This document shows positions 53,535 through 64,000 of a stretch of 64,000 nucleotides of DNA, one piece after another; position 1 is the stretch's first letter; every line of letters starts with the position of its first letter. The notes under the pieces are model-generated. The model saw only the letters and a list, made by a program, of their open reading frames with translations. It did no database searches and was not told the DNA's origin. The stretch is from Psilocybe cubensis. Its lineage: Eukaryota. Position numbers and translations under genes: made by a program. The stretch lies in the NCBI GenBank assembly GCA_017499595.2, contig CM038999.1:2108001-2172000 (forward strand). The letters run 5' to 3'.

Positions 53535-55386
53535 ATGAATCTCTTCAACATGGACCTCGACAACGTTAAATCAGATCTTGTAACAAGAGAGTTTCTCGCC
53601 GTCGTCTTGGCCGGCTTTGGCAACGAGTTCGTTTCTATTTTCATTCACCTTCTATTCTATACCAATTCAATCTACCAGCCTTGTCCCTCTGACAAGCGAC
53701 TACGGCGACGAACCATGCCCCAAGTCTCTACTTCCGATTGCCAATAAACCACTACTGGAGTATACTTTACTGTGGTTAGAACAGTCCGGAATCAAAGGTG
53801 TCGTGTATTTTTCTTATGTCTCTGCTAACCATCTTATCCAAAGTTAGATGTCCTTCTCATATGTCCTACCACGCACCGGTCCTCCATCTACCACCACATA
53901 CACTCTGATGTATCATCTTCGTCTCTGAGGATCGACCTCCAGACTTATGATGAATCTCAAGACAGTAACACGGGTACTTGTGCACTCCTTCGCCACTTTT
54001 CGAATCGCATATCTGAGGATTTTGTGGTCGTACCTTGCGATTTCATCCCCCCGCCCTCTCTCCCCTTAAGTCTCTTATTGAACAAATTTAGAATAGATGC
54101 CTTGTCGGAAGCATGTATGGCTACCACATGCTGGTATACATCCCGAGCTCCAGAGAAAGGCACGGTTCCAGAAGAATGGGGTCCTGTTTCTTCACCATCG
54201 CCGCTTGTGTGGGATCCATCTACAGGGACATTGCTGTATGTAGACACTCCAGACGACCAAGACCGAAATGGGGATGAAGTTGACCTTAAGATGTCCTTAT
54301 TATCAAGGTAATATCAATCATTCATACGTTATATCTATTGCCCTTATCTCACTTCCAGCATCAGATTTCCTCGCGTCAAATTATCTGCGTCGCTGAAAGA
54401 TTCCCATGTTTATGTTTGCCGGCGTTACGTGCTTGATTTGTTACATGAAAAACCACACTTTCTTTCTCTGAAAGAAGAATTTTTCCCGTGGCTTTGCAAA
54501 CTTCAGTACCGGCGCTCGAAACGAGTAAAATATGGAAAAAGTACGTCGTTAAGCTATGATCAGATGTATAATTATCCATTCATGTCGCGTTCAGCCTTGC
54601 GTAACATGGTGGAACCTAAATCTCAAGCCATTTCGTTACAGCATTCAAGCTTCGTCGACAAAAGCAGCCAAGCTCATCAAATCGATTCTCCCATCGAACC
54701 CGACGACGAACTAGTACAGACCAAAATTGGTGTGATTGTACATGACAAAGAGTCGGAACCAGCAATGCGCATAAATACCTTGCAGACATTTTTCGAAGCA
54801 AATAAACGAGTAAGGCGGACTATGCTTATCCTTCGGTTTTGCTAAAAGTTCTTTTATTCCTAGGTCTTGTCCGGCACTACCTACAGCTTGCCTGTAGATC
54901 CAAAAAATCGGTCATTGATTGATCAGAGAGCGCAAATATCGAACGATTCCATAGTTGGAGAATCTACACAGATATCTGAACGTACGACCATCAAAAGATC
55001 TGTTATTGGTCGGCATTGTATTATCGGCAAAATGGTCAAGGTCACTGGTTGCGTACTGCTAGACCATTGCATTATCGAGGATGGGTGAGCAGCGCCCAAA
55101 ATTGGCGCAAACCAACGACTCATATGTTTTGTAGAGCTAAGCTAGATAATTGTATCCTGGGCAAGAACACCCAAGTAGGTGTCAAAGCAGAATTGATCAG
55201 ATGCGTGACGCAGGCTGGCTATGAGGTTGCTGCAGGAGGAACGTATTTTCTACAAGATTTGAGGTGCAACCAGACTGACATTTGATCTCTGTAGACTCCG
55301 TGAAGGGCGAAAAACTCGAAGTATCAGACTGGATGGCAACACCAGACACGACTGTAGCTGAACATGATTCAGATGACAACGAATAA
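53535..55386 (+). CDS. GCD1: Translation initiation factor eIF2B gamma subunit
   Basis: AVVLAGFG..PKSLLPIANKPLL nucleotidyltransferase-like domain, DSHVYV, and a C-terminal left-handed beta-helix (SVIGRHCIIG). Confidence 0.9.
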
Positions 55387-55475
55387 ATTACAACATGTTG
55401 AGACATTGAAAGAATAGGATCCCATTGCACAAGCAAAACAGTTTTGACACGAAGTAAGTGTACAGTGTGATGAAA

Positions 55476-58413
55476 CTACTGCCCTCTTTGTCCGTTGGGC
55501 ATTTGATTTCCGAGTCCCTGCGAAAATCGAGCTCCTCTTCCACGAGCTCCGCCTAAACGCATAGAGGATTAGCAAAGATAAACAATGTCAAGCAATGATG
55601 AGTAGCATACCACGGGCACCCCTAGTTCTTTCTCCACGACCTCGGCGTTCTTGAGTTTGCTCTCCACGCTTCTCGTTTTTGTTGCCGTCGTTTCGTTCAC
55701 CCCATCCTCCCGTACCTCCCATCCTGATATCCAATGTCTTTTCATTTTGATCGACCATTGCGGCCACCTTTTCAGATATAATCTGGGCTAGCTGCTGGGA
55801 GCGGGAAAGCTCGATCCTGTGAAAGACGACAACGCCACCAGACTGGTCCAACGAAGCTGAAAGCTCTTCGTTCCAAATCATCTTGGAAACGATGGAGGTT
55901 ACTGCACGAAGAGGCAGCGAGAATGTCCTCGACAACAAAGAGAGCGAAAGAGTGCTGTAATGAGGAGCATAAGTAAACAGATATGTGCGCAATCCTTGCT
56001 CCTGAATACGTCTGAAGACCATGAACAGTTTAGTACCACGGTAAATGTGAATAAAGAGGGAAACTTACTTGGCCAGCATTTCTTTGACTTTTGCAGCTTC
56101 GGGCATAAGACTCCAAATTTTGATGCTCTGAATCAGATCACGGCATTTTTCCCATTCGCCATCCTGAAGGGCTTTACTAGCCTGCATGATATGATCCCTT
56201 GTACTCTCAGGGGGGCCAGTAAAAACTTGACGATCAGCAAAGTCGAGCAGGCGGCGGAAAGGTTTCGAGATAACCTTGCGTTTTTGTTCTTCCGAATCGA
56301 TGCTTGCCAAGAGGGGGATCTCCACGAGCATACTCGAGACTAGGAAGGCGGCTTCGAGAAGCTCTGTGTTGATGTGCATATGGAAGGGCAGTTGTCTCTG
56401 CTTTTCCGCTTTCTCTTGCTCAGGGGTCATAACTTGGAATCGCTGCTGGTGAACGCCCTGGGCAAGAAGTTCTTTGACACGCTGGGTTGTAAAAATATCC
56501 TGCAAAGTCGTTTGAGCTTCCTTAATGAGGCCAGATCGGAATGCGCAAAGTCCCAGCTGCACGACGGTGCGATTGTATAGAATTTGAGTGGCAACATCTG
56601 CGGAGTGAATAGACTCCTGCAGATGCGACATGAGAAGCATATCACGGGCAGTATGGAAATCATTATGCAATGCATGGTGATAAATGTGGCTAAGCATTGC
56701 CCTTGTCCTGAGCAAAGAGTTCCCAGATTTATAGAGGTAGACACAAAGGGAGTGAACGAGAGCAGACGTCGTCTTCTGCTTGGCAAGAGTCATGGAAGGC
56801 TGGACTTCGGAACTATCAGCAGCAGCCTCGAGTGCTTGAACAACGGCATCAGGCTATGCAAAACTGTTGTTATATATAAACGCAAACTAAATTGACGAAG
56901 CATATTTACCTTGGAGTAGATATGTTCCAAACGTCTCATAACAACTCGTCCGAGAGGCTCGCTCTGTGAGGTCTTCTCATAGAAGGCTTGAGCACGGCAA
57001 ATGGTACAGTATAAAACCTTCTCGTCCTTCAATCGATCGACGTATTCGGTACCATGAGGGTCAATATTTTGTAGACTTCGTGTAAATTCGTCATCCAAGC
57101 GATCTACAAAACTGATGATGGAACCGCGGATACGGACAATTCCTTTCTCAGTAGCAGGTGTGCGTTCTACAAGCTCATCGTAATCTTCCGTCATTTCTTG
57201 AATAGAGTAATTGGGGTCCGCGGCGACGATAGAAACAAGCTGGTCCACCTCACGCTGGGCGGACAACCACAGTTCGGTGGGCATGTGGCTGGAGATGGAC
57301 GAATTGTAGTCGAACCGGGACGAGATGAGGGCAAGAAGAACTCGGATTCGTTGGTAAGAAGTCGCGGCAACGTCCACGAGAATTTCGAGAATGCGGATTT
57401 GCTCTGCACGGTCGGTGTTCTGTCATATCCAAATGTCAGAAAGATGAGAGCGTCCAAAAACTTTTAGTGACCTTTTTACCACGCGCTTCCTGCACGGCTT
57501 GCAAGTCCTTGAAGATGCTCTCCGAAGTGTACTGTTGTGCCTTTCCACCCTTCCCGACAGTGGTGAACTCGTCGACCTGGTCGGAGGTAGCTCCAGCAGC
57601 TGTGCGGGCAGCGCGAGGGGCAGTCGCTGGAGCAGCATCTCGGGAAATAAGAGCGAGGTACTCCCGTTCAAAAACCTCTGGATCCTGTAGGGGCAGGGAG
57701 TATATTGTTACTATCAATTTTGAATTGGACAATTTAAGTGCTATGGCAAACCTCTTGGTATTTTCTGACTTCGGATTCATTGTCCTTGATAGCTTTCTTG
57801 ATCTTCTGTTTCATGGCTGTGAGAGCTTTGGCATTTGAGACGTTCATTTTTTTCTTTGCCTCTTTTTCCTTTTGCAGAGCCGTGTTAATCGAAGTCTCGA
57901 GGTTGACAAGGGTACGGATGTAGAAGGCGGGTATTGGCTCAGAGAGGTTGTGTTGCCTTTGGACCATACGGACAAGTTTATCGAATTCTGATTGAACGGA
58001 TTAAGCATCAGTGGAATCCACCAGAGATAAAGATATGTTTATGAGGCACCGTTAGATATCGCCATCCAATCGTTGATTTTGACTGCATTCTCCATGGCCT
58101 TGCCTGTAGCCTCCATCTCCTTCAAGCGCTTGTCAACAGCACTAAGAATGCGAATCGTAGGTTTATCTTCGTCCTCTTCGCTCTCGTCGTCATCTTGCCG
58201 GTCACCATCGCTATCTGATTCGTCTTCGTCAGAATCTGAGTCTGAGTCACTGGAATCGGAGCCAGCTGTGCGAAGGAAACGGGACATCGCAGGCTGTTTT
58301 GAGGTGATTGCAGGTTTTTGGGGTGCCTCATCCTCTCCGCTGGACATTGACTCCTCCGAGTCTGAGGAGGAGTCAGAGTCAGAATCGCCTGCTTGTCTGA
58401 AAAATCTCGACAT
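55476..58413 (-). CDS. NIP1: Translation initiation factor eIF3 subunit c
   Basis: MSRFF plus acidic N-terminus, [33 protein letters not shown] domain [14 protein letters not shown] tail. Confidence 0.97.
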
Positions 58414-58522
58414 TCTTGTGGTTCGTGCTAACGTGCACAGTTAATCGTCACAAATTTTTTACACACACGGAATTTCCCGTTAGCATCATATTATATAACT
58501 AATTATTATCTAATCAATTGCA

Positions 58523-59459
58523 TTACTTAAGATAGCGCTCTGCGATCACCCTATTCATTCCATAATCAGCAAATGGACACACAACTTTTAAGCCTTGCTC
58601 ACCCTTCTCCGCTCCAGAGGGCCAGTATTCCAATAGTAACAGCGGAAACCAGTCTCTTATCCCATGTTCGGTCCCAGTTTGCATATGAGAAATATCCGAT
58701 TGTGCCCAGGATCGCTGTGTTCACTATGGTCACAAAACATAAGTTCCGAGGGACTCTAAATTGCAGCCATGCGAAAGACCCACCTATACCAACGGCTCCT
58801 CCTAAAACCCGAGGTCGTAAAATTTGTTCATGGAGATGCTGGAAGATGAGTGCTCCTTCCTTCCTTGCCCTCTCTTCTTCTTTTCGGCCGTACGGTGTTT
58901 GCCTGTATTGTTCGGCAGCATACCCCTCGATGGATAGAAGAGCAATAGAAGCACCAGCGACAGAGCATATGGTGCGCGAATCGCGCCGTAAATGAGGCTG
59001 TGTATAGAACGCTCGGCCAACCGAGGCAATCAATCCGATATTGACTAGGGCTCTAATTAATTCCTGAATTGCACAACATTCGCGACAGGCATACTCACCT
59101 AGACCAATCAGCCCACCAGCCACGCCTGGTCTGATCAAATATTTTTTGACTGTAGTCCACAAATCTTCTGCCTCTTCTTCAGCAAGGGGTTTCCTTTTGT
59201 TGACCTTTCGAGGAGATGTAGGGTTGTCGTGTCCATTGAGGAGATTTTGTGTCTCTTCTTGATCTACAGGGATGTTGGATTCGGAGGTGAAGGTATGGGG
59301 ATCCTGCTTGAAATCGGGAGCGACGATATTTAGCTTGGCGGTGTCGTCGGCGAGATTGGGGTGGGACGGGGATTCAGTATTGAGGAGGGCGGGGTCTGGC
59401 TGGGGCTGGCGTTCCGGGGGAGGCGCATTGTGGGCAGCGACAGAGGCGTAGGACGACAT
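58523..59459 (-). CDS. Putative mitochondrial outer-membrane protein (OM14-like)
   Basis: MSSYASVAAHNAPP..QPDPALL N-terminus and several short hydrophobic helices; last exon VIAERYLK*. Confidence 0.55.
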
Positions 59460-59519
59460 GTTTGGTATTCTTGTCTAGGGTCATGACTCTCGCCTCTTTT
59501 ATGTATGGAACAATCCAAC

Positions 59520-59527
59520 TGACGTCA
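59520..59527. promoter_or_regulatory. Perfect CRE/ATF site TGACGTCA upstream of the OM14-like gene
   Basis: TGACGTCA 60 bp from the ATG, flanked by additional TGAC half-sites. Confidence 0.35.
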
Positions 59528-59575
59528 TGACTAACTGACATCATAGGGGTATATCATATTAGGTAAGTAATTATG

Positions 59576-62500
59576 TTAGAAAACATCCAAAGAGTGTGGG
59601 CAATCTGCGGCAACATGGCCTGGACTTTCGCAGTCCTCACACACCACTCCCGTCTTGTCCTCTTTTAATAGGCTGCAGTTAAATATATCGTGTCCCGGCC
59701 GTTCGCATATCTCGCATACTTCTTCCTCCCGACTTCCTCCAAGCGCTCCTGTGCCCGCACTACTGATTGACGCCGTGCTCAATCGTTGCCGTGCCTCTGT
59801 TGGGTCGCCATTGTTTTTTGATGTCTTTTTCTGTCTAGCTAGTTTGTCCTTTAATCGTTCTATTTCTTGTTCTAGTTCATCCTGTTATGCAGTCAAGTCA
59901 ACAACAAACACCGCAGAAGTATAGATTCATGGCCTACCTCTCGATAAATCTATTTTTATGTGTACAGAACCGCAATCATCAGTGATCAGAACCGCCACCA
60001 ACGGAATAGACGAACCTTGGACTCAACAAGAGCCTCTAATTCACTGATTTCTTTGTTGAGCTATTAAACTCGATAAGTAAAGCTGTAACAATATGACAAC
60101 TGCACGCAACTTACACTGTGTATCGTCCGAGCGTGTTTCATTTCTGCTTCACTGAGTCGCTTGCGTGCTTGATCCAGATCGTTCTGAATTGAATATAAAA
60201 TTCTCACTCACTCGTTGCTTCAGAGAAAAATCAGGTGCTCACCTCAAATCTGGTCCTTTGGTCAGCCAATGGACGCGGAGCTTTCGCTCCATCATTATCT
60301 CCCTCTAACGAATTGTCCAAATTTTCTTCCAATATGTGAATTTCCTATGAATTAGACGAAATGTTTAGCCAACCACGGCCATGTATAATTTCAGGAACTT
60401 GTTCACTTGACGAAGTTGTTCAGCTTCTGCCGACAGGAGTTGATTCTCTGATTCCAAGAGCTTGATTTGCTGTGCAGAGGCTAGATTTTCTTTTTGAAGT
60501 TCTTGGACAATATGCCTATTCAAAACACAATTCAGAATAGGTAACAGGTAATCATGAAATGGACTTGCTTTAAACCAGCGACTTCTTCAGAGGATGGTTC
60601 AGGCTTTGATGATAAAGTCTCCGATGTCCCATTTGTCAAGGCGGCTTCACGATTCGACTTCTTGCGAAGAACTTCCAATTCCGCTGTCCGTGAAACTAAT
60701 TCTTGGTCTAGACCTACCACCTTTGCTTCGAGTTCGATGACTTGTTTACGCAGCTATCAACGACGGTCATTGGCACCTGCGTTGATGTTAGAACAGACAA
60801 ACAAACTTACACTGTCATTTACATTGCCAAGAAGGTCCTCGTTGTTTTGCGTATTACCCAAAGGATTGGGGATCTGTTTAGACATTTGATTGACTAGGAG
60901 CTCCTTTTCTGCCTGGGTATCTTCAAGAGCCTTCTCTAATAGTTGTAGCTCCTGTTTATATTTGGATTTATCGGCGGCCATCTTCCTCATGAAGTTGGTT
61001 AACTTGGAAGATACATCGCCTTCAGATGCATCGTCAATAAGGACTTCCAAATTCTAGAGCCAGTCGTTAGCGTTGTATCCAATCGTAGACCACACAAACC
61101 TACGGCCATCTCTGTTCTGAGAGCTTCGACTTCTCCACGAGCACTTTCAAGAGCAACGGTGCTTTCTCGCAAGGCTTCTTCGATTTCTTCAACACGATTA
61201 CGAGCACCTGCTTCCGACTTCAGAAGTTGCTCGTACTCTCGCTCCTTCAAGTTTAAGTCTCTCTTATGCTGCTCCTCCTCCATGCGTATACGAGAAATCT
61301 TATCCTGGTATGAAACCATATCTCGTTCCAAAGCCGCCCGTGTATCTTCTAGTTGCTCTTCAAGTCTCGCTGATTTTTTCTGCAAGTATTGGACTTGTTC
61401 CTGCAACGTCTCGTTGTCGATCTCAGTGGCAGACCTGATAGCGGAAGCAGGCTCTTGGGGCGCGTGATTTGAAACAGCGGCTTTGAGGCTTGTCTCGAGA
61501 ATTGAAATGCGATGCTCTAGTTCATATCGTTGAGTGTTGGCCGCTGACAAGCGCTCCTCATAAAGTGCGATGGTTTCCTGAGATGGATAATATCAAGCAA
61601 ATCTATAATGCCTCGAGAAAGAAAAGCCTACCTGACCAGCAATTCTAAGCTCGTCTATCTGACCATTCAGCTCTTTCCTTTCTTCCTGGAAATCGGCCTG
61701 CAGTTTTTCGAGCTCAGCAGACAAGTCTTGAATGTTCGAAGCTTGGGTCGTGTTTATTTCATCCTTCTGCAAGACGAGGGCCTCAAATTCATCTAGCTTG
61801 TCCAAGAGCGACTTCATTTCCTGACCGAGCGACTCCGCCTCTGAACGGCGAAGAGATATATCTTGCTCGGCCTGCTCGGCCGTGGTCGTGAGTTCCTGCC
61901 GCAAACGTTGATTTTCGTCCTGCAGTATCTCCATGTCTGTTGCTTGAGTTTTGACGAGTTCACCTAGCGTTAATATTTTTGTCTGTGCGGCTTCTAATTT
62001 AACAAGAGTTTCGTCTCTTTCAGTTCTTAGGTGCTCTGTCTCTGTTGATGAAGCCATTGCAGCCTCCGACGACATTCGTAGTCGTTCATTCTCATACTCC
62101 GCTGCATCTAGGCGAGACTGTAGTTGTTCAATTATTGCGAGTTCATCAGTGCCGACAGATCTGAATGAGGTCGACGAACTTGGACGCGATGACGACGAAA
62201 ATGGGGAAACGGAGGAGGTTGATTTTTCCTGGATTAAAAGATCATTTCTAGACTGTGGAGGCGAAGAGCGATTAACGCCCGTTTGCAGATGGTGCAATGG
62301 CAAGGCTTTGGGTGACGGAGGGGGAGGCATTGCCACGCCACTTGGGATACGTGCTCGTGGGGTATTCATTGATGTTCGGTTCCTTGCAGACAATGAAGTA
62401 GGTGAGCCACCTGCGTTAGACGAGCGTATACTACCTGCCCTAGGCGTTGAAAATGGAGAGCCCGAGGATCGAGATGGTGATGACAAGGTGCGAGACATGG

Positions 62501-63620
62501 TCGGGCTATTTAGTGATATGCCAGAGCTTTCGCTTTTACGAGTCGAAGTCTCTGGACTTGTTTTACTGCGCGAATTGAGTTGCTGGGCTGTCATCGTCAT
62601 GTACTTCGATGCACGAGAGCCGGCTGTTATTTTTTCCGAAAGAGGGGCAACTGTTTTTGGTTTGGAACTTGGGGTTTTGAAGAGCCTCTGTTGGGATAAT
62701 CCTGGAAGTGAGGAATTTGGTGTGATTCTCCCACTGGAGTCTGAAGGTGTTATACGGCCCCCAGTCGATGGAGTGACTCTTCCATTGGAAAAAGATGCCG
62801 AAGGGGTCCTCATGCCCACAAAAGAGGGCGTAGTCCTTCCTGAGTTCACGGTTGAGGATTTCATGCCCCCTCTGGAAGACGCTACAGATGGAGGGCGTTG
62901 AATCGCTCCTGGACCAACTGTTGGAGCTGATAATTTGGTGGTGGCTACAAAAACCCCACATTTGGCAGGACAATTGAAGTACTGTTTGCTATGATATAGA
63001 AATTTTCGTTAGCCTGACTACGCGCAGAGATGATATACTAGTGGTCAACTCATAATGAAAGGCGACACTTACCCGTCAACAGAACCATTATTCTTCCCCT
63101 TTCCAGAAAACCCGCCGCTCAATTCTACACCTGCCCATAGACCAGGCTTCCCCTCAATATCCCCTATGTACCTCAGTTTCCCCTCAAAGCCCAGAGACTC
63201 TATTCTGACATTGTCGCCTACTTCGAACGTTTTAGGTGGCTTGCTAAGCTCGGATCGACTCGGGGGCCGACTTGAAACTCGTGCTGATATTGGAGTTTTA
63301 ATCCTATCTTGAGCTTTAGTTGAAGAAGAGGATGCTGATGAAGATGGTCTCCCTGCGACAGAGCGACGGCCCGAGAACGCGCCTGATTGAGGGGAAAGCG
63401 ACGACGTTGAGATACTATTTGCTAGAGAGTTATTGCGATGCATCGAGGGGTCATTCGCCTTGATTGCGTCTGCAAAGGCGCGAGTAATATCATCAGCCTG
63501 GGTTTGATCATAATTTTGATGGATATTTGAATTTGAACGAGATCTTCCAGGAGTCGGGATGCTACTGGCTCGTCCAGGTCCAGGGATCCCCGACTGTCGG
63601 GGCCTACCAGGTGTAGCCAT
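59576..63620 (-). CDS. CAP-Gly microtubule plus-end protein, CLIP-170/Tip1/Bik1-like
   Basis: GKLRYIG..GLWAGVEL..GKNNGSVDG|KQYF CAP-Gly domain, coiled coil, two CCHC knuckles (CEICERPGHDIFNC, CEDCESPGHVAADC), and acidic-aromatic end DVF*. Confidence 0.92.
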
Positions 63621-64000
63621 ATTTATTGAATAGCTCAGCAAGGAAACGATTGCTTGACGCAACCAACTACCATAGACGAGATCGATGTTTAGGATTATAG
63701 AGTAAAGTACAACCTTTTGACAGCCCCAAATTGACAACGCAAAACACGAACAGAGATTAAATCACGTGATGTCATTGCTGGGAAATACTGAACGATAAAT
63801 CCCAAAAAACACGCCGTATTCTTCTTTACCTACCTGCCCACTTGATATCTTGATGACGCTCAGGCAGAAACAAAAATACAAAATAGCCCATGACGGCAAT
63901 ATAGTAATGCTCGTCGATAAGTAGGGGACAAAAAGAAGGGGGCAAACTGGACAGCATAAAAAGTATAACTAGTTGCGCTTCTTCGATACACCAACAGTCT

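Noticed and set aside
61951..62901. 316-aa plus-strand ORF
   Set aside because: Antisense to the Ser-rich exon of the CLIP-170-like gene; no motifs and a non-ATG start.

Overview
Eukaryotic, intron-rich fungal DNA. Short (~50-65 nt) GT-AG introns and the protein repertoire point to a basidiomycete, probably an Agaricomycete (inference). The window is gene-dense housekeeping sequence with about 33 multi- or single-exon genes, mostly in tight head-to-head and tail-to-tail pairs: DOCK GEF (partial), Spc34-like, ATG5, Dbf4, secreted protein, double-Zn2Cys6 factor, SAM decarboxylase, FAM210/Nat2, complex I 17.8 kDa subunit, Rax2, Rei1, PP2C, Tho1, Hap2, A1 protease, Phs1, HMMR-like, two Psr1-like phosphatases, TPP1/Est3-like OB protein, bZIP, bL34m, AlaRS, Rad21, PPR, Met14, Kic1-like kinase, eIF2B-gamma, eIF3c, OM14-like and CLIP-170-like. 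I found no transposon, rRNA, tRNA, CRISPR array or biosynthetic cluster. The best leads are: (1) a uORF- and hairpin-containing SAM decarboxylase leader; (2) a tandem Zn2Cys6 factor ending in a spliced integrase-type HHCC zinc module; (3) four CCAAT boxes directly upstream of the CCAAT-binding subunit Hap2; (4) a recurring GTCAC/GTGAC (HomolD/E-box-like) element in the tiny bidirectional promoters; (5) an unannotated-looking TPP1/Est3 homolog; (6) a local Psr1 duplication. Exon boundaries were read by eye and family calls come from motif recognition, not database searches.
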